Part shown: positions 12,264 to 26,352 of the stretch, piece by piece
How the letters are laid out: the number at the start of each line of letters is the position of its first letter
Numbering within the stretch: position 1 is the first letter of the stretch
Source: Rhizophagus irregularis
Taxonomy: Eukaryota
Assembly (NCBI RefSeq): GCF_026210795.1
Contig: NC_089435.1
Span: 2,604,001-2,668,000, forward strand
DNA length: 64,000 nucleotides
Direction: 5' to 3'
Notes under the pieces: model-generated
Databases searched by the model: none
What the model was told of the DNA's origin: nothing
The model's input: only the letters and a program-made list of their open reading frames with translations
Translations under genes and position numbers: made by a program

Positions 12264-15200
12264 ATGCGTCCATCAACATTCCAACATGATGAAAAAAAGA
12301 AGTTCCAAATTAAAATTAGTCAAGATGGTGAATTCGCTATGACTTTTGATGCAGGTAAAGACATTGCAGCCTCTAATTTTTGTTAACATTCCTTTAAATA
12401 TTGTACTTAATAAATCAATTATTATTTTTCAGAAAATCTTCGTATCAAAATTTATAGGAATACCGATTTTCGTCAGTTCACATATTCAAAGTACTCCAAT
12501 AAAAACCCCAACAATATTCCTGATAGTGATATAATTGATGAAGTAATAGTTAATTTCGTAATAAGTAATGATTTAAATATTATTAAGATTTACAACGACC
12601 CGCGTTATGAAGAACCACAAGATAATCACGAAAACAATCGAAACGGATCAAATGAATCCAATCAATATAGGTGGTCATTCGATATATCAAGTTTACAAAT
12701 TTGTGATGGTAACAAATATATCTTTGTAGCAATATCCTACATAGATCTTGAAAATGATATGAAAGGTAAAGAAAGAATAAATATTAATGAAACAATTAGA
12801 GATACTAAAAATGAATATAAGAACAATAATGTGATAAATAAGGAATTAATTAAAAAAGCTAAAGCCTCATCTTATATTGAATATAATGTAAATAACAATG
12901 TTGTTATTAATGCTGATGGCATGGATGATTCAAATTCTTCTCGGAGAAAAACCATCATTTATTGTTTTAAGTTGAACAAAAATTATAGTTTAGATAATGA
13001 TTATATCCCGACTTGTTGCTCTTGTAATTATGTTTCAGGTATTCCAAAATTCATCAATAATGAAAAGATTGATCATTCAGAAATTTCAAATGATCAAGAC
13101 CGTATCTTAAAAAGATTTATATTATTAAATTTTAATGGAATATATAATTTTGAGTATAATCATCAAGATAGAAGTTTTGATTTAAATGAGAGATTTGATT
13201 ATCCGAAAAGTTTCGAGGATGAATTGAATAATTGGCATACAAATAAGTTAACGGATTGTATGAATCGACTTTTATCATGTCTTACCAATAAGAATTTTTT
13301 GGTCGAAAAATATAAAGATAAAGTACAAGTAATTGAAGGTAAATATTGATTATAAACTTTTTTTGTTAAAAAATCTTTTGTACAATAATATTAATTATTA
13401 TGTATTACTTCAAAACTTACAGTTTATGATTTGGCAGAAATGAAATTAGAAACTGCTGCAAAAATAGTTAAAAATAAGGATAGGCGTATGAAAAAATACG
13501 ATAATAAAAATGATTTTACAATAAGTAAAAACAAATTACAATTATGTTACACTCGAGGTTTTCATTCTATTAAGTAAGTAATAATATAAGGAATCTTTTG
13601 TAAGTTATATATATATATATACTTACTATATTTATAACTTATACTCGCTAACTTTTTGAAATTTCATTTCACAGATTATATTTAGTTGAAAACGGTTTGC
13701 AAATTGCGGCAAAAAATTTTGAAGATAAAATAGAAAAAATAAACTTATTAGAATTCATTAATAATGATGAAACATTACTTATAATTGGAAATGATAAAGA
13801 AAAAAACCCGAAAGCTATAACTTGGGATTTATTTAATACTGGTAAAGTTGATTCAATATCGTTAAAAGATCTTGGCATCTGTTGTCTAGCTAGAACTTCG
13901 GGAAATGTTTTACATGTTGATAATAAAGGAAAAGTAAGATCGATTCTTAATATTATTGAAAAAAGGAAACCGCGTAAAGATATCGGAACAGAGGGAAAAA
14001 TAAGGACAATAACTGAGGATAAATTAGAAGAATATGATGAACATTTTGAACAGTCAATAGTCGATGGCAAAGTACCTTGGGTAAAGAATAGTTGTAAACC
14101 TTATCCTTTTTGCCTTTATGATAATGAAGAAGGAACACATTTCAAAGAGCCAATAGTCTGTGGTAAAGAACCTTGGGTAATGGATAGTTATAAAACTTAT
14201 TCTTTTTGCCTTTATGATAATGAAGGAGAAACTATAGAACTAATAGTTGGCAGATCTACTGTTCAAATTTGGCATCAAATTCGTCCTAATTCGGGCTTTA
14301 ATGAGGATGATTGTCCTAACAAAGGGAACCCATTTCTTGAATATATTTGGACAAATGGTGTTCCATTAGATCAAGAATATGATACTCAGTTTGACACGAG
14401 ATTACATATTAAAAAGATTGATTATGGTTGCAAATATTTTAACCTGGAAGTTTACTGGGAAGAGAAAGGACTAACGAAACCTAAGAGCAGAACGATCCAA
14501 TGGAACGATATTGTTGAAAAAGTAAATGCAGTAAGATCTGCGTGTAAAGCATTGGAGCACCTGAATAAACGTAAAAGATATCTTTCAAATTTTCCTCAAA
14601 AGCATTGTGTAAGTTGACTTAAATTATATATGTATTCATTTCTACTTTAAAATTAAACATTTATTTTTAATATTTTTTAAAGTATGAAGAGATGGTTAAT
14701 TACATTAATCATATAATATGGAGATTTATTGATCATGACCCTGATCAATATAGATTGTTGGACGTCAGGCATAATGTTATGAAAAATCTAATTCTTGGCG
14801 ATTGTGATCATTTGATTAAGTACATTTTATTTGGAAACGATGAGGATAATTGCCCCGTTTGTGATCAATGTTGTAACAGAGGGAAAATGAAACAAAAAGA
14901 GAAGTTTGTAATCAAACATGTACCAAGAAGTATAATATGGAAAAAGGATCAATGCTTTGTAAACGATGATGATCTTGATCCTTTTGATAGAGATAATAAC
15001 TCCAAATCTAGGAAAACGGTACCTACTAATGATCTGGAATTAGCAATTTATCATTGTAAAGGTACGCACACTTTATTAATATAACATCAAGTTAATGTAT
15101 AATTCTAATTCATAATTACCTCATACTGTAGGGCGTGAACTCAAAGATACGATGATTGTAGCGTATCTTTTAGAATATTATACGAGCCATGCAATAGAAT

Positions 15201-17344
15201 ATGCAGGTTGGATGACTACTGTTTCTAAGGCTCTTCCCTTTTTATATAAGTATAATTACGGTTAGTTTTATTTTATTTGATAACAAACTTTATAAAAGAA
15301 TGATTTCCAAATATAATGAATCTTTTCTCTATAACAGATGATTATGTTAGAAAATTATTTCGTAAAGAATGTTTTGCAGACCAAGATCATTTTTCGGCAC
15401 AAGATCCTTATGAAATTATTCCAAGAGGATTTACATCGGGACATTTTCGTGAAAAGAATTTTATGGCATTTAGACCTAAGGACAGATTGCAGTCAGATAA
15501 AGATAATGCTTTTACTCTAAAAACGAACAAATTTATTAGAACGATGAAAAAGTTACTCAAGTTCTTCGAGAATGATCGTGTGAGAAAGATACTTGAATTC
15601 TTTAGTAATGATCACGAGAAACCACCAATAGCCTTGCGTGTAGTACCCCTTCCCGGATTCACTGTACATGAAATCAACAAAAGATTTAAAAACAAAAGCA
15701 AAATAGAAATTAAAATAGAAAGTAAAAAAACTGCTGCAGATTATGATATCTGGAAAACTTTGTTGTATATTCTCTGGTTTACATTCGTTCCCCGGTGGTA
15801 CAAAATTGGTAAATCTGAACACCACTTATTAAGTCCCTTTTCACGGGTTACTAAGTATGAGGATAATGATGACATGTATGATAATCCAGCTACAGAAGCT
15901 GTTATCGATTTTCGTTGGCGAAATACAAGAACCTTTTTTATACTTCTCTTTCTTCGATTTATTATTTTTGCTGTTTGTTTTATATTTGTTAGTTGGGCAT
16001 ATATAACTCATCAAGCTACGGAACCAAAATTTCAAACTTTTTTGCTGGTCCTAATTATTTTATTCTATTATTTAGCACTTTATTTATTAGTAACCGAAAT
16101 TATTCAATTTTTTCATCATGGTTATAAAGAATATCTTGGTACAATTTTTAATTATTTCGATTTGTTTTCAATTATTCTTCCAGCAATTGTAATGTATTAT
16201 ATGCTTGCCCATTTTAAATTTTCTGATGGATTTGGAAGTATTGGTGAAGTTGATCGTGGATTAATTGTTGGGATATCTATGTCAATTTTTATAATGTGGA
16301 TCGAATTTGTGAGTACTAAAAATTTTATACATAATTCGCTTATTAATTTACTTATTAACATTTATTCTATATAATTTTAGATTTTATACCTTCGCTTAAT
16401 TTCATGTAAGAATATCTTTAAAGATTTTCACTCATTTACAGTATAATAACTAATATTAATTTATATTATAATTAATTAGATATTGCCATCTACATTTACT
16501 ATGTTATGATTATCGTCAAAACTGTATTTCCATTTATTTTGTTTTTCATGATTGTTATAGTTGCGTTTGCACACACCATGTATGTAAAAAATATTTTTCT
16601 TTTCTATTTTAACCATATAAAATAATAATATTAATATGATTATTTATTATAATTAAAAAATTATTACAGGTTCATTTTGCTTAAAAATCGAGAAATTATT
16701 GAGTTTAAAGCAAGCACATTTAGCGGAAATGTTACAAATAATGTAACACATGAAAATATCAATATCAAAATTAAATCTGAATTCGATGATAAGGATAATC
16801 CATTTTCTGAATTTTTAACTTCTATAGAAGCCGCATACTTTTGGACCGCTGGTAATTGGGTTCAAAGAGATATGTTTGACTTTTGGGCGGTAGATTTATT
16901 TAGTATAATCGCTAGCATTCTATTTGTGACCATTTTACAAAATATGTTTATTGCTTTAATGAGGTAAGTAAAAAAAAATTTCAAAAACTTATTGTAAAAT
17001 TAAAATTTTAACCCATTTTCTTTTCCTCTTTTTTTAGTGGTGTATATGAAAGAGCAGCAAACAAAGGTAGACAAGCTTTATTAAGATTTAGAGCGAGACA
17101 AATAGCGGATTATGAAGCATTACATCATATTCATATTTGGCCTCGCGAACCGGATCCAAAATATATTTATTATATTGGTAAATCAAAAAATTTTGAAGAA
17201 TGGAGTAATAAAAGAGAACAATGTGTTATTTATAAAGATTTTGAAGAAAAATCTACGTATATAAAACATAATTTTCAAGAAACTGATTATGATGGTAATT
17301 CTATATGGAAGTACAATAAGTCCAATACTAAAAAAATGTTATAA
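12264..17344 (+). CDS. Large TRP-like (6-TM) cation channel with long N-terminal domain, ~11 exons
   Basis: ATG at 12264. GT-AG exons link ORFs 12759, 13697, 14692, 15316 and 16677 to a final exon ending TAA at 17342-17344. Contains DNPATEAVIDFRW before S1, several hydrophobic helices, FNYFDL, the pore region DNPFSEFLTSIEAAYFW, and S6 LQNMFIALMSGVYE followed by TRP-box-like LLRFRARQIADYE. Confidence 0.85.
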
Positions 17345-17569
17345 CAGATAATATATAGTTTTTAATTTAGTATATAAATTTATTAATCTATTTGTAATTT
17401 TATTATTATTTTTCAAAATTTTAATTTTAAAATACATTTATAACTATTTTACGTCGATTATAGGTTTAATTATAAATAAATATTAAAATCATTTTTTATA
17501 TATGTATTTTCATAATCCTTTCATATCGAATTGATTTACTGCCGACTTTTACTGCACGTAGTAAAAATT

Positions 17570-17939
17570 CTAGATAATTTTTTTTGAGATTCGTGTAAGT
17601 TATTTTGCTATTATCTCGTGATCTCGTGATCTCGTGATTCAATTTCGAACTAACTTTTTATTGTTTTATAGCTCTACAAAATAAAAAGATCACCGAAATT
17701 AGACCAATAGATCGTGAATGATGACTGATATTTCGAATCTGATATGTTCCGAAAAAAATCGTTTTTACGATTATCTCACGGTCTATTGGTCCAATTTTGG
17801 CGATCTTTTTTTTATTTATTTATTTATTTTATTACTTCTTTTTTTTTATTTTGTAGAGCTTATACGACAAAAAAAGTTAATCGAAATTGAATCACGGGAT
17901 CACGAGATAATCGCAAAGCTGATTTTTTATTTGCCCTAG
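17570..17939. mobile_element. Foldback/MITE-like element with long imperfect inverted arms
   Basis: The left arm (ATTATCTCGTGATC...GATTCAATTTCGA...AGCTCTACAAAATAAAAAGATC...GACCAATAGA) mirrors the right arm (TCTATTGGTC...GATCTTTT...TTTTGTAGAGCT...TCGAAATTGAATCACGGGATCACGAGATAAT). It is absent from the paralogous segment near 31.5 kb. Confidence 0.7.
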
Positions 17940-18223
17940 TGATTATAGTGATTTGTCGAATCACGAATTAATTGTAATAATATTTATTTTCAAAAAAAAA
18001 AATCTAATATAATCATGTTTTAAACAGCATTCAAGTAACTTATCTCATTAGCCATTCTAATCTTTTTCTTGCTATCATTGACTGTATTTGTGAAAAATGC
18101 TTTGCAATATAGAATAAGTTACATGATTAAGAGTAAGTGTGAGGTGCAAACAACTCTCCTAAATTATATTCATTAATAATTTTGAATTATTTCTTACTTT
18201 AGATTTGGGAATAGGGATGGAAA

Positions 18224-18443
18224 AGGACCCCGAGCTATACATAAAAAGGTAGGGTAAGGTTTGCGTAGAATTGACCAAAATAATCATGTAGATCTTTCCT
18301 TTTATAGATGATTCCGGCCGGAATTTATTTCCTTTTTTAGACGCTGACTGGTATTATCATAATCCGGCCCTGAAAAATGTGTAGAGCTAATAGTAATTTT
18401 TTTTTGGCTGCACCTTACCTCTGTATATATAGCTCGGGGTCCT
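18224..18443. mobile_element. 220-bp MITE (AGGACCCC-terminated family) inserted at the left end of the hAT MITE
   Basis: TIR AGGACCCCGAGCTATA / TATAGCTCGGGGTCCT with an 8-bp TSD GATGGAAA (18216-18223 and 18444-18451). Confidence 0.9.
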
Positions 18444-18490
18444 GATGGAAATGACTCGCTCGGTCTGCCGGTTCCGAACCGATACTATTA

Positions 18491-18710
18491 CAGCAAATTT
18501 CAAAATATACGGGACACTTGAGAAATTTGATTGTCGGGTTGTCGGGTAGCCGGGTTACTCAGCAGTAAGTTGTTTATTAGAAAAGTATAAATAACACGTG
18601 ACGAGTATAATGAATAGTAGTATATCAGATTATATAATAACCTACTGCCGGCTACCCGACAACCCGACAATCAAATTTCTCAAGTGTCCCGTATATTTTA
18701 AAATTTGCTG
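18491..18710. mobile_element. Tc1/mariner-pogo-type MITE (TA TSD)
   Basis: ~63-bp near-perfect TIR CAGCAAATTT.AAAATATACGGGACACTTGAGAAATTTGATTGTCGGGTTGTCGGGTAGCCGG, with TA on both flanks. Confidence 0.9.
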
Positions 18711-19000
18711 TAAAAAACCGAGTCGAGCCGACTTGGTCACTTGGACGGTTAGACCCTGAAAAACTCATAATCGGTTTTTGTCAGTTCAGTCTGGATCTGA
18801 GTCAGTACATATGAAATTCATCAAACCGATTTGGGACCGAAGTACCAAACGGACCGACTCAAGCCGCTCAACCGGAACTTTTCCCCATCCCTATTTGGGA
18901 AACCTCAAAAATGTTTGCGATGAGTTTCATCAGCTTTTCGTGTTGAACGTGCGACAACGTGACTTTTTATAAAATAAATTATAATTTTAGATCTCACCAT

Positions 19001-19147
19001 TAATCCACCCTATAAAAAAAGAATATCCGAAAATACCCGGAAAATGTCCAAGAGGGCTCTCCAGAAAGTGTCCGGATATTACAATTTTCCAGACATTTTC
19101 CGGACACCTGGACATTTCCGGACATCCTTTTTTTTATAAGGGGATTA
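19001..19147. mobile_element. Small inverted-repeat element with TCCGGA-like subterminal repeats
   Basis: CCCTATAAAAAAAGAATATCCG mirrors CGGACATCCTTTTTTTTATAAGGG. Internal TCC(G/A)GA motifs are repeated. Confidence 0.6.
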
Positions 19148-19172
19148 TAGGACGGAGTTAAGTTACTTGTTA

Positions 19173-19362
19173 CAGCTGTTTTCATAAGACCTGGGACAAA
19201 CTAAATTTTTGAACCCGATCCGCCGATCCGGTATTTTTAGCTGGGCACGTGATCCTGATTTGATAGTTTGATTTGTAAAATAAATAACAACTGAACCGGA
19301 TCAGTGGGTTCGGCGGTCGGGTTCAAAAATTTATTTTGTCCCAGGTCTTATGAAAATAGCTG
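19173..19362. mobile_element. Tc1/mariner-type MITE (TA TSD)
   Basis: TIR CAGCT.TTTTCATAAGACCTGGGACAAA.TAAATTTTTGAACCCGA, with TA at 19171-72 and 19363-64. Confidence 0.9.
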
Positions 19363-20431
19363 TAATAACACCAATAACACCGCCGTCAGAATTACTCCTC
19401 GCTATCCAAGGACTGGTAAGGCATTCAATCAATCAACTCTTAAATTAAGGATGAAATATTTTTATACATACCGATATATTATTTATTTATTTTGTATAAT
19501 AATAGCAGCAATAATGTATTGCACGAATAAAAAATCAATCTTTTTTGCATGCATTTCGTTTCGCCAAGTTTATAACAATACTAATAATTTTGATTCAAGA
19601 TTTGTGTAACAAATATTTCAGATCAGATGGATTTTCCCTTTTGGTATTTTAGATACGTACTTTACTTTTATAATCCATTATTACACACGCGGTAGTAACT
19701 TTGCGTATAACGCTAAATTTATTTTTATTTCCCTTTAAAACGATTATATTAAATTAAACGTAGAAATAAATAACGAGACAATTAGCAAAACCAAGTGAAT
19801 GTTAAATAAAGACGCATTAAATAATGTATTATTAGCAATGAAAAATACGCTATTAAAATTTTTTTTTTCTTTTATTTTTTTTTTATATAAAAAAAAATCA
19901 TTTAAAATTCTAATCAATTTAAAATTTTTTGACCGGTACAAATGATGTTTATAAAATTGTGGAAGATACATTTTTTAATTTAAAATATAATGTTTTTGAA
20001 TTTTATCGGTTTTTTAGGCTTTGTAGTAGTAAGAGGAAGTAACCCTGACCTGTCCGGAAACTGAAATGAATATTCAGGCATATTTTATTTTCAAACTTAA
20101 TTACTTTAAACATAATAATCTACAATTGTACTTTATTTAAGCTTGAAAAGTTTAACTCATTATTTCTCACGTAATTTCGTAATTTTGTTAAAAATAAATC
20201 TGTCATAAAATCCAATATAATAAATTACTGATATAATGGTGTAGTTAGCCGAAAAATAATTATTATCGTTATAGAAAATACAAGATATAATAGTGAGTAA
20301 TATTTGGAGTAAAAAGAAAAGAAAAAGTATTAGAGCTCGAGTGCTATCTTTCTATTGATTATGTAATATATTATGAAGTTTCCATTTTAAATTTTTCCGG
20401 CCATCGGAATTAATTTTACAAAATTTAGAAT

Positions 20432-23138
20432 TAGGGATGGTAAATTACTGTAATTTATGAAATTTATTGTTACGTTACGGTGATTTTCTATAAGTTACGT
20501 TACGTTACACTATTTTATTGTAACATTCAATTTGATATAAATTAAAGATGATCAAAGATAATCAATTTTTAAAAAAATGCTGAAACAAAGATATTCTTTC
20601 TGGTCAGAGTTTGAAGAAACAATAGATTCCAATGAAAAAAATGATATAAATGCATATATTGTAATTCTAAATGGGCAAAAAACGCGACAAGATTACAAGA
20701 ACATCTTAATACTTGTCTTGCAAGGAAAATTACAATGGAATCCATCGTATCTGAACCTGAACCTACTGTAAACCAAACTAATAAACGTAAACAAGCTACT
20801 TTAAATCACTATATACCTTCTTTTACAAAACAAGATCAGGAAGAATTAGAATCATTATTAGTTCGTGCATTTTGCAGTACTGGAATTCCTTTTAATGTAA
20901 TAGAAAATGTTGATTTTCAAGCATTTTTACAAAAGCATGTTTTTCATTTCACATTCCATCACATCACACATTATCTGGTAATTTACTAAATAAAGAATAT
21001 AAAGATTTGAAAAAATTAGTCCGAAATTTTTTTAATGAAACACCATATTTTTGTATAACTAGTGATGGATGGTCAAATGTAAATAAAGCTCCAATAGTTA
21101 ATTTCATGATAACCACTCAAAAACCTATTTTTTATAAATCAGTATATACAAAAGAAGAGCATCATACTGGGGAAAATATAGCCAAAGGTATAGAAGAATG
21201 TGTGATATCAATTGGAATTGACAAATTTACGGCTGTAATAACTGATAATGCTAATAATATGAAATCAGCATGGAGAATACTTAAAGAAAAGTATGCTGAT
21301 AAGATTTTTCTTGGATGTTGGGCACATGGAATTAATTTGTGGGTAAAAGATATAATGAAACACAAATGGGCTAATGATATCTTAGAAAAAGCGAAACGAT
21401 TGGCTTTATATTTTCGTAATCACCAAATTCCATTAGCTACACTTCGGAGAATACAAAAAGAAAAGTATGGATATTAAGTTGCTTTAACATTAACTGTTGA
21501 AACAAGATGGATGTCAGTGTTTGAGTGTTTAGATCATATTTTGAAAACAAAAATTGCAATGAGAGCATTGTTGGCGGAAGAAAATATTATTTTAAATCAA
21601 GAAATTAAAAATTACATTATTGATGATTGTTTTTGGGAAGAACATAAAAATCTTCGTGATTTTTTGGAACTGTTTATAAATTTTATACGAAAATTAGAAG
21701 GAAACGAACCTTATCTTTCATCAGCTTTTGTTACATTACGAGATATTGAAATTATATATATATATTATAATCCTTTTATAATGTATTACATTAAACATAT
21801 GATTACATTTAACATCTATACGATAACATTTTATTAAATAATAAAATTCCAAATGATTTAGTTGAATATTCAATAGATAGAGCTAAATATCGGTGGGACA
21901 ACTTTTTATATAATCCTGCGGTTATTATTGCATATAGATTAGATCCTAGATTTAATGGAGAACTAGTAAATAGTGGTAATTGGCATGATATTATAGAAGA
22001 AGAAATTATACGTATTGCCGGAAAAGAGAATGAAGTTGGGTATTAATTGAATTAAGTGAATATATAGGAAGACACGGAGGATTTGCTAAAAAAATTTGTG
22101 GAGTGGTTTAAATCAAATGCCAATTAATTGGTGGAATTTATTAAAGTCAAGATACCCACTACTTAGTTCGGTTGCAATTAAAGTTTTATCAATTCCGGCT
22201 TCTTCAGCAGCAAGTGAAAGAAATTGGTCTACATATAATTTTAAATAGAATGGTTATTGATCGAGCAGAAAAATTAGTATATATATATTGGAATATTAGA
22301 ATTCTTCGAGAATTGGAAGTGCCACTTACGGTCAAAGAATTAATTAAAAGTGGCGTGAAAATGAGTGATTTAGAATCAGATGACGAAAAGTTAGGTGAAG
22401 AATCAGATAAAGAACTGGAAGGTGACATTGATAGCAATTTCGAAACTTTAACAGAATATGAAGAAAATGAGTTTGATTTAGATTTAGATGATTGATATGT
22501 ATTTCTTACGATTTAAAAATAAATGATTATGCAATCAGCGGTTCGTTGCCATTTCTATAAATTTAAAGAAAAACGTTAGTACTGTTTTATAGTACTGTTT
22601 TATTAAGTAAATGCTGACGTTCCCTCATACTCACTCATTTTGCCTTTTAAACAGTTTCCCAAAGCTCTGTTTTCCTACGAATAGAAGAAGAATATTACTA
22701 ATGGTTCATTAAGTAAATGCTGACGTTCTTCCTCATACTACTAACCCATTTCGTCTTTTAATTAGTTTTCTAAAACTCCGTTTCCAACAAAATTTAAAAA
22801 ATATTAGAACTGTTTCAGCTCTTTAAGTAAATTCTAGTGTTCCTTCTTGGTCTTACAAATAGTTTCTCTATTCCGATCCCATTAAAAAAAAAAAAATTTT
22901 TATTAATCGGTCACACCAAAAAAATAATTATGTAATTAAACTGCGCCCAATTTTTTTTTTATGCAAATCTTTCATATAAATTATATAACTCGGCCAAAAT
23001 TAGTTTTTAACTGAGTAATGCTGGCCGAATCAGCTTAATTCTGGTAAACATATAGATGTAATGTTACATCAAGTCTATGTAACTTACAACGTAAGTTAAA
23101 TAATGTAATGTAACGTAACGTAACATTTAGCATCCCTA
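20432..23138 (+). mobile_element. Full-length defective hAT DNA transposon (2707 bp)
   Basis: TIR TAGGGATGGTAAAT / ATTTAGCATCCCTA (13 of 14 match), exact 8-bp TSD TTTAGAAT (20424-31 and 23139-46), GTTAC/GTAAC subterminal repeats, and an internal transposase remnant. Confidence 0.95.
20577..22495 (+). pseudogene. hAT transposase pseudogene (BED finger, DDE core, C-terminal dimerisation region)
   Basis: Fragments WSEF...CIYC...HL (BED), ITSDGWSN, VITDNANNM, CWAHGINL, ETRWMS and SIPASSAASERNWS are split by frameshifts and stops. Confidence 0.9.
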
Positions 23139-23345
23139 TTTAGAATACGGAAATGATGATCAAACGAATGTGTATCATTCTTCGCTATTGTAACTCCGAA
23201 AATGGCGTAAATGCATATCATTTACATTTTAGTATAAATTTATTTCCAGTAATTAGTTTATCTAATAAATTTAGATACTGAATATATATTCAGTATAGTT
23301 AGAAAATTATTTTGTAGGTAATTAAATTCTACTTATATATTAAAT

Positions 23346-25002
23346 ATGACTAAAAATTTAAAAATGACGGAAAATACCAATTTACGTACTTTAAATGAAT
23401 GTGAACAAGAAGTAGTACCTGAACGACATTATGGTTTTTGCACTGATTGTAAACAACCAAAAACCTATTATGATTGGTGCAAAAATTGCAGTAGGAGAGG
23501 ATTTGAACATGATTTTAATAAATGGACTAGTGGAAATAAATATATTGACAAGTTTATTCAAGAGACTCAGCAAAAAGCAAGATGTGAACCTGAAGTTATA
23601 GAATGGATTCCTTATAATAAATTAAGAAATATTAAATATCTTACTAAAGGTGGTTTTAGTACTATTTATAGAGCTATTTGGTTGGATGCAATAGACAAAC
23701 CAGGGTGGGGTAATGAATTCCAAATATGTAATCAAGATTCCGGTCATCTTCATCGTCTTAATGAAAATGATTATGAAATTGCAAAAGAAAAAGACGTCAA
23801 GTCACCTCTTAATAAAAATGAAGTGAAAGGACGTCGTGTAATATTAAAAAGTCTAAATGATTCTTCAAATATTAATGATGATTTCTTAAATGAAGTAAGT
23901 TATTTTAAAACATTACGCATTTGTTCATATAAACAACATTACTATTTGTATTTCTTTCAAATTTTAGTGGAGAAATTGTTTACGGTGTATCAATTCAGCT
24001 TATGAAAGTGACACTTATCTAATTACACGCATATTTGGAATAACTCAAGATCCAGAAACATCGAATTACATGATAGTAATGAAATCAATAAATAGAGGAA
24101 ATCTAAGATCTAATTTACTAGTAAAAAAATATAACCAATTTGAAAAATATAGAAATTTAATGGGTATTGCGATATCACTTTTAACTTTACACAAGTGTAA
24201 TTTAGTTCATGGTGATTTTCATAGTGGAAACATACTTTTAAATAGTAGGGATACCAATTATTTAAGTGATTTTGGATTAAGCAGACCAGTAAATCAAACT
24301 ATTAATTCAAATGAAATTTTTGGAGTAATTCCTTACATGGCTCCAGAAATTTTACGTGGAAAACCATATACTAAAGCCGCCGACATTTATTCTTTCGGAA
24401 TCATTATGTGGGAATTTACATCAGGGATTCCTGCTTTTAATGATAGATCTCATGATTTTGACCTTTCTTTAGATATTTGTAGAGGATTGAGACCGAAAAT
24501 TGTTGAAGGTACATTGCCGGTGTACGTAAGACTAATGAAGAGATGTTGGGATTCTGATCCTAATAAAAGACCAACAACTGATGAATTAGTTGAAATCCTT
24601 TCTTGTTGGTATGATTATTATCCAAAACCTGGGCTTCATGATAGGATACCTGTTCCTAGTAAGTTAAAAAAATTTCAAACAATTCATATAATTTTTACTT
24701 TTATTGCAAGTAGTTTATTATATCTAATTTTATATATTTAAATTTTTTAGTCAATGAACCTACTACTAAAAGTCATCCATCATCTTGTTATACAAGCAGA
24801 AAAATTGATTATTCTGCAAAGCTAGACGGAATTTTAAATCAAGAAGAATTAAGCTCTAAGTTTGTGATAGACGAAGAAAGAAATTATAATAATGAACCTA
24901 TATTAAGTGAAAGTCTAGGTATAAAACTTGTAACTAATTTTCTTGTTTTATTTACAAGCATAAATTTAATTTATTTGTTTGTTAGAAAACTGTAAGATTT
25001 GA
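23346..25002 (+). CDS. TKL-type Ser/Thr/Tyr protein kinase with an N-terminal CxxC...CxxC region, 4 exons
   Basis: CTDC...WCKNC, WTSGNKYIDKFIQ, KGGFSTIYRA, VILKSL, HGDFHSGN, DFGL, GVIPYMAPE, DIYSFG, CWDSDPNKRP. Exons approx. 23346-23894, 23969-24658, 24751-24918 and 24986-25002. Confidence 0.9.
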
Positions 25003-26133
25003 TGCTTTGAATTTGAGTTGGAACCAACTGTTACGCAGTAAATGTTAGTCCCGTTTTTTGAGATTTTGAGCATACAGTCCTACGATATGTTGACTTGTGA
25101 GATAAACTAAACTTGATGCTTTGGATAACTTACGCCTGACCGTTTGGAAGATAGTTCGTTGGTTGTTTGATTGTTTTGTCTTTTATTGAACACCTTACGG
25201 ATATATTGCAGATTGCCGGATGAAGCAACATTATTCTTTATTTTCCTTTATTTTCCTTTATTTTCTTTTATTTATATTTGTTATTATTTTATGATATTTA
25301 TTTATTATTATATTCAATTTTCTTTATTTAATAAATCATACGTTCATACCATTGCTGTTTACATAAAACTGTACATTTTTCTTACGGTAGCTGGGAGGTG
25401 GGAGGATATTAAGTTCGCGAATCGAGAATTTGATTAAATGTACCGTACCAGTTTTCAAAATCGTAAAGTACTGAATATAGGGTTTAGATACTGGTTCTGA
25501 TTCAAAATAGTTCGAAACAATTGCTCATTTTGGAGATCATTTTTTCTTTATTGACAATTTATTGAATTTTTCAAGTAAGTAAAGTTTCTTATTAGAGTAA
25601 AGTAATTCGACTCATCGGCTTGTTCAAATATAGTCTTTTATTAAAGAACAGGCGTAAACAAGCTGATTATCATTATCTTATCAAGCATAGATATGATTTG
25701 ACAGTTTCAAAAATTGTTCAAATTGCTTCCGAATTACCTAACATCCCTGGTCACTGCTACTCATAAATTGTAAGCGGATTATTAAAATAATTTATTAAGA
25801 TTTCTTGACTAAAATCAAAATAGCCGAATAAAGTGCAGTACAGGCTTATTATGCTTGTATAAATAATTTCTAAAAATTTTAGAAATTTAACATTTACATG
25901 TTTCACATTTTCATTAATTAGCTAACGAAATAAAGTAACTGGAATGCAAACTTCTACTGCACACCTATCAATTATATTCTTCTTTGGAAAAGTTCGCTAC
26001 TTAATTATTAGAAAATGCATTATTATGAAATTTTTTTTGTAAAAAACATATTTTTAAAAACTTTAAAACTTATTTATAACGTTTAGTTTTTGATTTATTT
26101 AGCGGAGGTGATTCTTTTTCAACGAATATAGGC

Positions 26134-26352
26134 GCCGTCGGAATTGACGAGTTGAAATTACGGCATCGCATAACAAATCATCGAGACCAGCATTATAGGT
26201 TTACAGATTGCAAATTATCTGCGGCATAACCAGAAAAAAATATTTACTTACTTTGTGTAATTTTTGTATTTTTTACATTAAATAATTACGGAATTACGGC
26301 GATTTAATATATTACGGTATAAGCTTCATATGCCGTAATTAATTCCGACGGC
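26134..26352. mobile_element. Probable MITE
   Basis: 12-bp perfect inverted repeat GCCGTCGGAATT / AATTCCGACGGC with internal ATTACGG repeats. TSD not resolved. Confidence 0.5.

Larger units (their letters stand above)
18212..18893. mobile_element. hAT-family MITE carrying two nested MITEs
   Basis: Termini TAGGGATG...CATCCCTA with an exact 8-bp TSD TTTGGGAA (18204-18211 and 18894-18901). Confidence 0.9.

Noticed and set aside
13669..16035. Antisense and alternate-frame ORFs (13669-14070, 13953-14138, 15338-15520, 15553-15825, 15841-16035)
   Set aside because: Shadows of the TRP-like gene exons.
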